Shown in pieces: positions 10,235-20,047 of a DNA stretch of 56,624 bases. Numbering within the stretch: position 1 is the stretch's first letter; every line of letters begins with the position of its first letter. This DNA is from Candidatus Atribacteria bacterium (GTDB taxonomy: Bacteria; Atribacterota; Atribacteria; Atribacterales; JASGLU01), in assembly GCA_030156825.1 (NCBI GenBank), contig JASGLU010000003.1:1-56624 (forward strand). The letters run 5' to 3'. The notes beneath the pieces were generated by a model. That model made no database searches, was not told the origin of the DNA, and saw nothing but the letters and a program-made list of their open reading frames with translations. Made by a program: the position numbers and the translations under genes.

Positions 10235-11149
10235 ATGAATAATGTATCGGTTTATGATATTGCCTTTATAGGCCATTATACAAAAGATATAATTATTTCC
10301 CCATCGGGGAAAAGAATTGTAGACGGTGGTGCGTTTAATTATGGTTCTCATGTTGCCATTCGCATGGGATTAAGGGTGGCTACGATCACAAGTCTTGCCC
10401 CGGGAGATTCTCGGGTTATAGACAAACTTGAGGATCTAGGGGTAGAAGTGTTTTTAATCCCTTCGAAGCGTTCAACCTGTTTAACCATAGAGTATCCAAC
10501 AAATAACGTTGATGAGCGAATTTTGTTAATCACAAGCTTTGCTGAGCCATTTTCTCCTTCAGATGTAAAAGATATTTCAGCAAAGGCCTTTGTTATTGGA
10601 ACTTCTGTTCGTGACGAAGTTTCACCAAAGGTTATAGAGGAAATCCGAAAAAAAGATACATTTATCTCAGCAGATGTGCAGGGTTTTATGCGGGTAAACC
10701 GTGGCGGCAGGTTAGTTTATGAAAAGTGGCCTGAAAAGGAATATATATTGGCACATATTGATGTGCTTAAAGCAGATGCCATTGAAGCTGAAGCACTTAC
10801 GGGAGAAAAAGATATAAAAATTGCTGCAAAAAAATTATCTGCACTAGGCCCCGATGAAATTTTGATTACTCATAAAAATGGAGTTTTACTATATGTTAAC
10901 AACAACTATTACGAAGCTAAATTTTATCCGGAAAAATTGGTTGGTAGAAGCGGACGGGGAGATACTTGTATCGCAGCTTATATGGCACAAAGATTAACGG
11001 TATCTCCACCCGAGGCTCTTCTTTGGGCTGCAGCAGTAACAAGTTTGAAGATGGAAAACGAAGGACCTTTCCAAAAGAGTTTATCAGAAGTAGAAGAATT
11101 GCTTAAAAATAAATATTATCCAACGGATCGGCTTAAAGAAGAAACGTGA
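10235..11149 (+). CDS. Second PfkB-family kinase with PPi-dependent inositol kinase signature
   Basis: DVQGFMR, VLKAD, AKF..VGRSGRGDT, TSLKM; likely ATG 10235 (ORF track 10202). Confidence 0.8.
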   Translation: MNNVSVYDIAFIGHYTKDIIISPSGKRIVDGGAFNYGSHVAIRMGLRVATITSLAPGDSRVIDKLEDLGVEVFLIPSKRSTCLTIEYPTNNVDERILLITSFAEPFSPSDVKDISAKAFVIGTSVRDEVSPKVIEEIRKKDTFISADVQGFMRVNRGGRLVYEKWPEKEYILAHIDVLKADAIEAEALTGEKDIKIAAKKLSALGPDEILITHKNGVLLYVNNNYYEAKFYPEKLVGRSGRGDTCIAAYMAQRLTVSPPEALLWAAAVTSLKMENEGPFQKSLSEVEELLKNKYYPTDRLKEET

Positions 11150-11184
11150 CTTTGATAGTTATAAATGGGAAAGGAGAAGCTACT

Positions 11185-12003
11185 ATGAAACTGGGGTTTA
11201 ATGGAGCTACTACTATGAAAGCCAGCTTACTGGAAGACGCTATAGCTAGCAGTAAAGCCGGTTTTGATTATTTAGAATTAAGAGACAATAAACTGGAAGA
11301 TTTGCTAAAAACTATGAACCTAGAAGAAATTAATCACTCTTTTCAAGAGCTCCACATCCAACCAATAGCTATGAATTCTCTGGAAAGAGCAACTCTGCAA
11401 GATGCTACTGGTTTTAAAGAGATAATAAAAAGGGCTGATGTCCTCTGCCGGTACTCTTCTGCCCTTCGCTGCCCCATATTAATTGCCGTACCAAGTTTCT
11501 TAGAAAATTTGTCGCCTACTAAAAAAGAAATTAAAGAAAATGCCCAGATGGTACTCAAAAAATTGGAAGAGCTATCTCGTCCCTACGAAGTAAAAATTGC
11601 TTTTGAGTTCTTGGGATTTGCCGACGCCTCAGTAAATACTCTCTCCTTCTGTAATGAAATAGTAGAAGAACTGAATAACGACCGGATAGGAATGATAATA
11701 GATACCTTCCATTTTTACTTAAGCGATGAGCCGCTATCAGTAATAGAAGAGGTGAATCCTGAAAAAATCTTTTTAGTACATATTACCGATGCCGAAGATT
11801 TACCTAAAGCTCAGCTAAAAGATGCTAATCGAGAGGTGCCAGGAAATGGGGTAATACCTCTTAAAGATATCACCCAAAAATTAAAGGACATAGGGTATAA
11901 AGGAGCGTATTCCATCGAGCTTTTTAATCCCATTTATTGGGACTGGGAACCGGAGCGAGTAACCAAGCTCTGTTATCAGAGAATGAAAGAATTGCTGGAC
12001 TAA
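11185..12003 (+). CDS. iolI: Inosose isomerase (2-keto-myo-inositol isomerase)
   Basis: MKLGFNGATT, KIAFEFLG, DTFHF, SIELF pattern resembles B. subtilis IolI; ATG 11185 behind AAGGAG. Confidence 0.75.
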   Translation: MKLGFNGATTMKASLLEDAIASSKAGFDYLELRDNKLEDLLKTMNLEEINHSFQELHIQPIAMNSLERATLQDATGFKEIIKRADVLCRYSSALRCPILIAVPSFLENLSPTKKEIKENAQMVLKKLEELSRPYEVKIAFEFLGFADASVNTLSFCNEIVEELNNDRIGMIIDTFHFYLSDEPLSVIEEVNPEKIFLVHITDAEDLPKAQLKDANREVPGNGVIPLKDITQKLKDIGYKGAYSIELFNPIYWDWEPERVTKLCYQRMKELLD

Positions 12004-12048
12004 TTAATTAGCCGCTCCTGGTTAAAACTAATAAATACCAGATTCACC

Positions 12049-12080
12049 CCATGTGGCCGAAGTTTTACTCGGCCACATGG
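12049..12080. terminator. Stem-loop in convergent intergenic region
   Basis: CCATGTGGCCGA-N8-TCGGCCACATGG; a second inverted repeat lies at 12183-12229. Confidence 0.6.
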
Positions 12081-12298
12081 ATGGGCTTGTAATGCCGAAA
12101 ACGGTTTTTTCCCAGGTCCGGGGCATTCGTTACTCAAAATCAAATTTCTTGACTTAGCTCCCCTTGGAAATTACGTCCCCAAAACAGGGAGGCAGGGACT
12201 ATAGCTATCTTTTTCTCTACCTCCCTGTTAAAAAACAGGTAAACCAAGTTAGTTTGACTTTATGACGACTCCAAATTCAAACTGCCCTAATGGCTACC

Positions 12299-13429
12299 CT
12301 ACAAGCTATTTATCTGCCCGATATAAGGCAGCTCGTAAACTGATTTCCAGCCTTCACTCATTGGTTCTCTTAAAAAAGGTTCCATTTCCTTGGGATCGCG
12401 CAAGGTAATTTTCTCTACTGGTGGTAATTTACCAGCCGGATAGGCTTCCAAAATTTCGTCATGTACTAAAGTTAAGTATTTTAAAATAGCGGCAACCGGA
12501 CGCTTACCTTTTTGCGCGGTGGCTCGAGTAGGATGTCCCACTACTCCTTCCGGAACCGCTGCTCGTTCAATTGCAGCGTGACCCTCTCCCTGCTGCCACA
12601 TCTGTGGACGGCGGTAAGGATCAACCGAGGTATCAAAGTGGCCTCCAGGCAGCAAAGGTTCGCCTTCAGCGTCAACCGCGTACTTCATATTCAGCATCTC
12701 CGGGAATAAGAGAAGAGAAACCGACGCTTCTGACTCATCAGCGTGGACAAAATCGGTAGTCAGGCTATCTTCCCGGTCAATGGGAGTAAAGAATTCCCTT
12801 ACCGCCCGATGCCAGTCAAGCACCCTTATAATTGCCGGCAATTGATAACGTTTGAAAAACTCTTGCAGACCCGATTCCAACATCCACAGTTGCCCATGGT
12901 TATTAATCCAAATTTGCTTTCGGAAACCATCATTCCAAAGACCCAACATAACGTTGATTACCGTTTCTCGAACCACGTCTTCAGGCATAATAATAGTCCC
13001 GGCCATTCCAAAGTGATGATAGGGATGCCCGCCGTAGTTGAGAGGAGGTAAAGCCAAGTTGACCGGCGCTCCCCTTTTTGCAGTATAGCGCCGAACTCCT
13101 TCGCAAATCTGGGTTACCATAAAGGTGTCTAAACCACTGTTGGCATAATCACCATGGCATTCAGTACAGCCAACTGGAACAAAAACAATATCGTTTTTCC
13201 GGCGATTTTCAATAACATGCCGACGGGGGGTATTCTGGATATAGCTACCCGCTTTCCCCAGCTCCGAAGGTGAAGGAATCTCATATTCCTGGAGAATCTC
13301 TTCAATCTTGCTCATCGGAGCATCAAATATTTCCTTTTTTAACCGGCCTACTTGGGTGTTCTCAAATACTATTTGAGGATAATCTGTAGTAAGCCAACGG
13401 TCATCTTTTTTATTAACCATCTTATTCAT
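12299..13429 (-). CDS. iolN: 3-dehydro-scyllo-inosose hydrolase (creatininase family)
   Basis: PVGCTECHG, HPYHHFGMAGT, WNDGFRKQIWINNHGQ, HADESE, PEGVVG, YPAGKLPP motifs shared with IolN. Confidence 0.85.
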   Translation of the reverse strand: MNKMVNKKDDRWLTTDYPQIVFENTQVGRLKKEIFDAPMSKIEEILQEYEIPSPSELGKAGSYIQNTPRRHVIENRRKNDIVFVPVGCTECHGDYANSGLDTFMVTQICEGVRRYTAKRGAPVNLALPPLNYGGHPYHHFGMAGTIIMPEDVVRETVINVMLGLWNDGFRKQIWINNHGQLWMLESGLQEFFKRYQLPAIIRVLDWHRAVREFFTPIDREDSLTTDFVHADESEASVSLLLFPEMLNMKYAVDAEGEPLLPGGHFDTSVDPYRRPQMWQQGEGHAAIERAAVPEGVVGHPTRATAQKGKRPVAAILKYLTLVHDEILEAYPAGKLPPVEKITLRDPKEMEPFLREPMSEGWKSVYELPYIGQINSL

Positions 13430-13462
13430 CTCCTCATATTTAATATTTTGTCTTATTTCAAA

Positions 13463-14485
13463 TCAATTTATTTGTAATTTTACAAAACTTCCTTTACTCA
13501 GTGACTCTTTGGCCGCATACCCCATCTCAACCGCAATTTTACCGTCTCGTCCCCCTACTGAGGGTTTCCGATTCTCCAAGATACAATTGATAAATTCTTC
13601 CATTTCCGCTAAATATGCTTCTTTGTACCTTTCAACGAAGAAAAAGAGGGGTTTATCGGTTTTAATATCTTCCGCACCTTTAACGGTTACTTCGGTTTGC
13701 CTCGGATTGCCTACCATTACACAACCCTCCGAGCCAAAAACTTCTATCCGCTGGTCATAGCCATACACTGCCTTTCGGCTATTGTCGATCGTCCCCCAAG
13801 CACCTTCTTCGTATTTTAAAGTGACTATTGCTGTGTCAATATCTCCTGCTTCTCCAATTGTCGGGTCCACCAAACAACTGCCCACCGCCATCAGCTCCAC
13901 CACTTCTTGATCTAACAGATAGCGAGCCATATCAAAATCATGGATGGTCATATCTAAAAATATTCCCCCGGAAACTTTAACATAACCGATAGGAGGCGGT
14001 TCCGGGTCTCGACTGGTTATACGCACCAAATGAGGTGTGCCAATTGTCCCCTTCCTAACCAGATCCTTCGCTTTTTTAAAGCTGGGGTCAAACCGACGAT
14101 TGAACCCTACCTGTAATTTTACCCCGGCTTTTTCAACCGCAGCCAAAGCTTGGTAAATTTTATCAAGCTCTAAAGCAATGGGTTTTTCACAAAAGATATG
14201 TTTGCCACTTTGTGCGGCCTCAGAGATTATCTGGGCGTGGGTATCAGTAGAAGAACAGATTACTACCGCATCAATTTCCTCATTTTCCAGCAAGGCTCGA
14301 TAATCTTTCTCGACCACCGGAATCTCTAACTGAGAAGCCACTTCATGGGCACTTTTTTCCAAGATATCTGACACGCCTAACACTTTTGCCCCCGAAATTT
14401 GATACTTTAAATTTCGGGCATGCAGTCGCCCAATCCTGCCAGTACCAATTATACCCAGGTTAACCGTCTCCACTCTTTCAATCAC
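13463..14485 (-). CDS. iolG: myo-inositol 2-dehydrogenase (Gfo/Idh/MocA)
   Basis: GTGRIG, FCEKP, VGFNRRFD, ITSRDP, GGIFLDMTIHDFD, YGYDQRIE. Confidence 0.9.
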   Translation of the reverse strand: MIERVETVNLGIIGTGRIGRLHARNLKYQISGAKVLGVSDILEKSAHEVASQLEIPVVEKDYRALLENEEIDAVVICSSTDTHAQIISEAAQSGKHIFCEKPIALELDKIYQALAAVEKAGVKLQVGFNRRFDPSFKKAKDLVRKGTIGTPHLVRITSRDPEPPPIGYVKVSGGIFLDMTIHDFDMARYLLDQEVVELMAVGSCLVDPTIGEAGDIDTAIVTLKYEEGAWGTIDNSRKAVYGYDQRIEVFGSEGCVMVGNPRQTEVTVKGAEDIKTDKPLFFFVERYKEAYLAEMEEFINCILENRKPSVGGRDGKIAVEMGYAAKESLSKGSFVKLQIN

Positions 14486-14620
14486 CCCTTTTACCTTTTT
14501 CTATCCCCTTTAGGTTTCGCTACATCTCTCAATTCAACTCCTAAGGTTAGAAAATGGAGGTGAAGATTACCCAAAGGTGATAATTCCTAACTCAACTTTT
14601 TCAAAATTAAACCTATCATC

Positions 14621-14825
14621 AAAACCGGTTTCAGAGTAAATTAGTTTTATCCTTTTGTCAAGAGCAAATTATGAATACTATTAGAAAAATTTTAATTCAA
14701 TTCACATTATAAATCGCAGAAATTAACCCTTATCAGGTCGTTTTCTAAGATTTTTACTTTTAGAAAAAGATAATAGAGCTACTTGTCAAACCTTATAAAC
14801 TATTCTATAATTAGAAAGCGGTTTC
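14621..14825. promoter_or_regulatory. Bidirectional promoter module copy 3 (inverted) with two LacI-type operators
   Basis: - TTGACA(14661)-N17-TACTCT then AAAACCGGTTTC (14621-14632); + TTGTCA(14783)-N17-TATAAT then GAAAGCGGTTTC (14814-14825). Confidence 0.8.
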
Positions 14826-15120
14826 AAAAAAGGGGGGCGATAGCTTCGTCAGATCACCTTAAAAACAAATTAGCAATATTGCAAAATCATATCCAATTAG
14901 AAAAGTGTTCTAACAGAACCAGCTTTCAAAGAAAAATTTTCCTCCAAAACGGGGCTTACGACTGTTCTCCTGCCATTTGAAAAGTATAAATCTTTATTTA
15001 GTCAAAGGGGGTGAGATAACAAAAAAATAAACCGTAAAGCTGCAAATAACCACGATTGGCACAAGGTGAAAAGAGTTGGAAGTGACTAATTTTCAAATTA
15101 CTTGATTGGAGGATTAAAAA

Positions 15121-16116
15121 ATGAAAGCTGGAAAAAAATTGCTTTTAGTTTTAACCGTAGTTTTACTATCCACTCTTCTTCTGGGAGTTGGTCTGAATGT
15201 TGCCTTAGCCCAAGAAGAAGAAAAAGTTAATATCTGGGTAGTAGTCCATGGAGGGATAGCCGATCCTTTTTGGAAACGAGTAGAAAAGGGAGTAATGGAT
15301 GCGGCCAGTAACCATCCCGACCTGGAAGTCACCTACACCGGCCCCTCGGTTTACAATTTCACCGAGTTTATGGCCGATATTGAAGCTGCTATTGCCAGCG
15401 AACCAGATGCTTTAGTGTGTACTTTAACCGAACCCGATGCGATGGATGAAGTATTACGGACCGCCATTGCCGATGGATTGCCAGTAGTGGCCATCAATGC
15501 TCCTGACCTGCGAGAGCCGCCAGAAAGCCGGATACCGGTTCTAACCTATGTGGGAGAAGACTCTTATTACATAGGAGTAGCAGCCGCTGAAGAAACCTTA
15601 AAGCGGTTCACCCCTAAGCGAGCAGTATTTGCCAACCACCATCCAGGAGCCAAAAATATCGAAATGAGAAGCCGAGGGTTCATTGAAACTATGGAGAAAA
15701 ACGGTGTTCCGGCCGAATCACTCGATATTACAGCCGATGCCGTTCAGGGAGCTGAAGTTACCCTGGCTTATCTCACTGCCAATCCTGATACCGAGGTTAT
15801 TTTCAGCACCAATACTCTCCGAACGGAAGCCATTGTAACCCGACTTTTAGATGAGGGAATAGATGTAGGAAATGAAGTAAAAATTGCCTCCATGGATATT
15901 TCTGACAAAGTGCTCGAGTATATCCAGGAAGGAAAAGTGATGTTTACCCTTGACCAACAACAATACTTGCAGGGTTATTTAGGAGTGGAATTTGCTTATC
16001 TCAATGCTAAATATGGGTTCACTCCTCCTCCAGCACCAGTTTCTACCGGACCAGCGGTTATCACCGCCGAGGATATCCCCAACTTACTGGAAGGGGTAGA
16101 AAAAGGTTATCGGTAA
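15121..16116 (+). CDS. Sugar ABC substrate-binding protein (RbsB fold), probable inositol-binding
   Basis: Signal peptide; VVHGGIADPFW, DQQQYLQGY typical of inositol-binding proteins; divergent from iolG. Confidence 0.85.
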   Translation: MKAGKKLLLVLTVVLLSTLLLGVGLNVALAQEEEKVNIWVVVHGGIADPFWKRVEKGVMDAASNHPDLEVTYTGPSVYNFTEFMADIEAAIASEPDALVCTLTEPDAMDEVLRTAIADGLPVVAINAPDLREPPESRIPVLTYVGEDSYYIGVAAAEETLKRFTPKRAVFANHHPGAKNIEMRSRGFIETMEKNGVPAESLDITADAVQGAEVTLAYLTANPDTEVIFSTNTLRTEAIVTRLLDEGIDVGNEVKIASMDISDKVLEYIQEGKVMFTLDQQQYLQGYLGVEFAYLNAKYGFTPPPAPVSTGPAVITAEDIPNLLEGVEKGYR

Positions 16117-16124
16117 GAATCCTA

Positions 16125-16153
16125 AGTGGCGGGGTAGATAACACCCCGCCACT
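16125..16153 (+). terminator. Stem-loop after binding-protein gene (partial terminator or 3' stabiliser)
   Basis: AGTGGCGGGGT-N7-ACCCCGCCACT, no U-tract. Confidence 0.55.
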
Positions 16154-16174
16154 CTAACTTAGGAGGTAAATTCA

Positions 16175-17194
16175 ATGTTGACCATGAAAACTCAAGAGAC
16201 AACATCTGCTGAGGAAGCTGCCCTCTCGAAGTGGAACTTAAGAGACCTGCGGAAAATCCCGGAATTTGGGGCACTGGTAGCCTTTTTAGCCCTTTTCATA
16301 TTTTTTGCCATCTTTGCCCCTCGCTTTTTTTCTCTTCGAAATATTACTTCCCTGCTCACTATCACAGCCGAGTTGGGAATTATGACTGTCGGCATATCTT
16401 TCCTGATGGTTAGTGGGGAAATTGACCTTTCTGTCAGCGGTGTGTACGCTATGGCCGGCTTCATTTTTGTTACCCTGGCCAATATTTTCACTTTTCCCCT
16501 GGGTTCTCTCGTAGCCCTGGTTGTTGCCCTACTCATTTCCATTTCCATCGGTTTTATCAACAGCCGAGTGGTTTTAAGAGGAGGCATCCCCTCCTTCATC
16601 GCCACCTTGGGAATGATGATGTTTCTCCGGGGGATACTTCTGGGAATCACCGGTGGGCGTTCTATTTCCTACGCTGGCGATAGTTTGGTTCCCAGCTTAT
16701 TAACCGGAATCATGGCTTACAGATTTAGACCATCCCATTTCTGGTTTATTGCTCTCGTAGTCATTTTTTCCTTTATTCTTAACCGGACCGTGTTTGGTAA
16801 CCGGGTATTTGCTACCGGGGGAAAGAGGCAAGCCGCCTATACTATGGGAGTCAACGTAAACCGGGTAAAGACCGCTTGCTTCATGATTTCAGCTGCTCTG
16901 GCCGGTTTATCAGGTGCGATTGCCATCAGCCGGTTTAACCTGGCTAACGTATCTTTTGGCCAGGGGATGGAGTTGGAAGCAATTGCCGCAGCAGTAATCG
17001 GCGGCACCCTGATGACCGGGGGCTACGGTTCAATCATAGGGGCAGCTTTTGGAGCAGGTATCATGGGCATGGTGCGAACCGGCCTGGTCATGACAGGCGT
17101 CCCCAGCTACTGGTACAATGCCTTTGTGGGGGTAATTTTAGTGATAGCCGCTATAGTAAACTTAAAGTTGAGAAGTGCTGTCCTGGGAGAGTAA
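16175..17194 (+). CDS. Sugar ABC permease (RbsC-like)
   Basis: GEIDLSV, IPSFIATLG, ELEAIAAAVIGG. Confidence 0.92.
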   Translation: MLTMKTQETTSAEEAALSKWNLRDLRKIPEFGALVAFLALFIFFAIFAPRFFSLRNITSLLTITAELGIMTVGISFLMVSGEIDLSVSGVYAMAGFIFVTLANIFTFPLGSLVALVVALLISISIGFINSRVVLRGGIPSFIATLGMMMFLRGILLGITGGRSISYAGDSLVPSLLTGIMAYRFRPSHFWFIALVVIFSFILNRTVFGNRVFATGGKRQAAYTMGVNVNRVKTACFMISAALAGLSGAIAISRFNLANVSFGQGMELEAIAAAVIGGTLMTGGYGSIIGAAFGAGIMGMVRTGLVMTGVPSYWYNAFVGVILVIAAIVNLKLRSAVLGE

Positions 17195-17206
17195 GGAGGT
17201 GGAAAG

Positions 17207-17971
17207 ATGAATCAAAAACAAGCGTTGGTAAAAATGGAAAACATTCAAAAGAGATTTGGCAAAGTCAGGGCCCTAAAAGGAGTGGATTTTGAGGTTTACG
17301 AGCAGGAAGTAGTGGGCCTCTTGGGAGATAACGGAGCGGGGAAATCGACTTTAATTAAGATTCTCTCTGGTGTTTATCGGCCCGATAAGGGAAACATATA
17401 TATTCAGGGTAAAAAAGTGGAAATCAATTCTCCCGAAGAAGCTCGGGAGCTGGGGATTGAAACTGTCCACCAAGACCTCTCCTTGATAGAGAAAATGAGT
17501 GTGGCTCGCAACTTCTTTTTGGGTAAAGAGCCCACCAAAAAAATAGGCACTCTGGAAGTTCTGGATTTAAGAAAAATGAACCGTGAGTGTATGAGCGGGC
17601 TCAAACAGGTAGGAATCGAGCTTCGTTCTCCCACTGAATTTGTTTCCACTCTCTCTGGTGGCCAAAGACAGGCCATTGCTATTGGCAGAGCAGTTTACTT
17701 TGGAGCTCAAATTCTTATTCTGGATGAACCTTTGCGTAACCTCTCTATCCGGGAGCAGCGAACCATATTAAATCATATTCAGGAGGCCCGAAAACAAGGG
17801 TCCTCAGTCATTTTTATTACTCACAACGTTCACCACGTATGCCCGGTGGCTGACCGGATAGTGCTGTTAGAAAACGGAGAAAAACTGGGGGAGGTGAAAG
17901 CGGGAGAACTAACTCCAGAAGAGATTGCCGAGTGCATTGCTAACGGCCAAATGATAGAAAAAGCTAAGTAG
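17207..17971 (+). CDS. Sugar ABC ATPase (single domain)
   Basis: GDNGAGKS, LSGGQRQ, LDEP, ITHN. Confidence 0.92.
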   Translation: MNQKQALVKMENIQKRFGKVRALKGVDFEVYEQEVVGLLGDNGAGKSTLIKILSGVYRPDKGNIYIQGKKVEINSPEEARELGIETVHQDLSLIEKMSVARNFFLGKEPTKKIGTLEVLDLRKMNRECMSGLKQVGIELRSPTEFVSTLSGGQRQAIAIGRAVYFGAQILILDEPLRNLSIREQRTILNHIQEARKQGSSVIFITHNVHHVCPVADRIVLLENGEKLGEVKAGELTPEEIAECIANGQMIEKAK

Positions 17972-18029
17972 ATTTTTATTTTGTCCACCTCGTAGACTGT
18001 TTTGTGGCAATCTAAAAGCGAGACTACCA

Positions 18030-18237
18030 TGTCACTGGAGCGTTTTGCTCCAGCGTTCTTATTTTATTTCCCTGATGCTGCTTCGCAGCACCAGATGACA
18101 ATGAAAATAGAATCCTTTCCTTTGGAAGGAAATTTTGGATGCCCGATTACTAATTTCGGGCATGACAGAAAATAGGTATAACGTAGGAGACTGAGGGAAT
18201 ACAACTGAGGAAGGAAAGCACTTCCTCAGTTGTATTC
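18030..18237. repeat. REP-like palindrome cluster
   Basis: CTGGAGC-N5-GCTCCAG, CTGATGCTGC-TTC-GCAGCACCAG, GGATGCCCGA..TCGGGCATGAC (18137-18166), 17-bp-stem hairpin 18197-18237. Confidence 0.7.
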
Positions 18238-18257
18238 TATAAATTCTTGTTAAAGAG

Positions 18258-19757
18258 GTGAGATTTTTGTTTGAAGAAACCAAAATCTTAGTAGAACAAG
18301 TTGCTCAAAAGGAAGGCATTTCCCTTCGGGTTTATCCCCGTCCAATTGAGTTGCCGGCTTTATCCTCCCTACTTTTCCCGGTAAAGGGAGAAAGGGTCTT
18401 TTATTTGGGAGCCTGGTCAGAAAAAGCCGACCATTTTTTACAACATCCCCAATTCTTCCAATTTAAGCCGGATAAGAACAAATACTTTAGCCTTTACCCT
18501 TTTGATTTTGCCAACTATCAGCTTTTAAGTCAACATCTCCCCCGGCTTCGGCCGGCTCCGGCTCGAGTGCGTTCCTCGGTGGGGAGCGGTGACCGACTGG
18601 GACTGGTTTCAGCTACCCATCTGGAGGTATTCCGAAACTATCCCTTCTTCCCCATCATTGCCCAACAATCTCCTCGAGAACTGGAAAAAACTCACCGCAC
18701 TTTTGAAGAAGTTCTTCTCAGTGCCGCTTGGGGAGTATTGGAAAGTGGTTTTGAAGGCCAATTCGGGGCCGATGCCGACCATATAAAAGACGAAAATTAT
18801 CTCAGAGCTGGCATTAAAAGTCACTTTACCATGTTTACTCTGGATGGAAGCGAGGTTATTCGTCCCGAAGGTTTTAGTCTAACTGCCAACCAGCTTAAAG
18901 CCGAGTTTGACCGCCTCTCCCCCTCCCAAAAAGAGATATTCAACCGCTACCAAGGGAAGGAACTACACCTTGGGGGAGGAATCACTTTAAACTTTAAGCC
19001 GGAGACCCTGTTACCCATCGTAATTGCCCTCTTTGGGGTAATAGAGTGGGTAGAGCAGATGAACTCTATTTTAAACGATGAGCTCTCCGACTTTGACCTC
19101 GAGGTCTCTCTGGATGAAACCGAAGTCATCACTTCTCCTGAAGCCCACTTTCTGGTGGCAGAAGAGCTCCATCGTCGGGGAATAGACTTCCAGAGTCTGG
19201 CTCCCCGTTTTCCGGGTAAGTTCGAAAAAGGAGTAGACTACCAGGGAGATTTGTCAGAGTTGACTCAAGAGTTGAAAGCCCAGGTAGCAGTACAACAGGA
19301 AATAGAGGGATACCGCTTGAGCCTTCACTCTGGGAGCGATAAGTGGACAGTTTACCCCCTCTTTGCTGAGCTTACCGGGGGCTTATTTCACTTGAAGACC
19401 TCGGGTACCAACTGGCTGGCAGCCCTTTCGGTTTTAGCAAAGCTCTCTCCTTCCCTTTTCCGACGAGCTTACCAGATAGGGATGGACCACTTAGAAGAAA
19501 GCCTGCAGGCCTATTCCATCTCCTTTGACCGGGAGGAACTTCCCTTGGATTTGAGTTCTACTCCCGATGATCGTTTACCCGAGTTGATGGATAAGCGAGC
19601 TCCCCGGCAGATGCTTCACATCTCCTATGGGCCTATCCTGGAAGAGATGGGAAAAGAGCTTTACCAATTTTGGTTTGAAGCAGAAAAAGAACACTATCAG
19701 AAGGTGGGAGACAACTTAAAGCGCCATCTTGAACTTTTAACCCAAGTTGCACCATAA
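18258..19757 (+). CDS. uxaE: Tagaturonate/fructuronate epimerase
   Basis: GSGDRLG, AQQSPREL, GADADHIK, FEKGVDY, LHSGSDK, HLKTSGT. Confidence 0.9.
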   Translation: MRFLFEETKILVEQVAQKEGISLRVYPRPIELPALSSLLFPVKGERVFYLGAWSEKADHFLQHPQFFQFKPDKNKYFSLYPFDFANYQLLSQHLPRLRPAPARVRSSVGSGDRLGLVSATHLEVFRNYPFFPIIAQQSPRELEKTHRTFEEVLLSAAWGVLESGFEGQFGADADHIKDENYLRAGIKSHFTMFTLDGSEVIRPEGFSLTANQLKAEFDRLSPSQKEIFNRYQGKELHLGGGITLNFKPETLLPIVIALFGVIEWVEQMNSILNDELSDFDLEVSLDETEVITSPEAHFLVAEELHRRGIDFQSLAPRFPGKFEKGVDYQGDLSELTQELKAQVAVQQEIEGYRLSLHSGSDKWTVYPLFAELTGGLFHLKTSGTNWLAALSVLAKLSPSLFRRAYQIGMDHLEESLQAYSISFDREELPLDLSSTPDDRLPELMDKRAPRQMLHISYGPILEEMGKELYQFWFEAEKEHYQKVGDNLKRHLELLTQVAP

Positions 19758-19790
19758 GTTCCAGAAATCAGCCTGTATCAGGCTTTTGTC

Positions 19791-20001
19791 TTTTAGCGCC
19801 GCAGGCGGTCTACTGGAAATTATCAAGGTAAGCGCTTATCCAGATATTTGGGGAAAAAACATCCCAAAGATCTGGATAAGACTGAGGAAGTGCTCTTTCC
19901 TCGGTAGGCTTTTCCTTTTAGTTTTTTGCCTTTTAATCTTACATCGACCGTAGGTTGTTTTCTTACGCCATAGGCGGTTTGTTTTTAACACCGTAGGCGG
20001 T
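19791..20001. repeat. Intergenic repeat cluster (CCGYAGGCGG motif and hairpins)
   Basis: TTTTAGCGCCGCAGGCGGTCTA at 19791-19812 is identical to 22918-22939; variants near 19966 and 19991; ACTGAGGAAG hairpin at 19881. Confidence 0.65.
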
Positions 20002-20047
20002 TCGAGCAAGTCTATGTTAAAATAACTAAAAATAACAGGAGGAAAAA

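Noticed and set aside
12097-12110. GAAAACGGTTTT operator-like sequence
   Set aside because: Lies between convergent 3' ends with no promoter; likely chance
14783-14980. 65-aa ORF upstream of the inositol binding protein
   Set aside because: Starts in the -35 box, has no RBS and no recognisable domain
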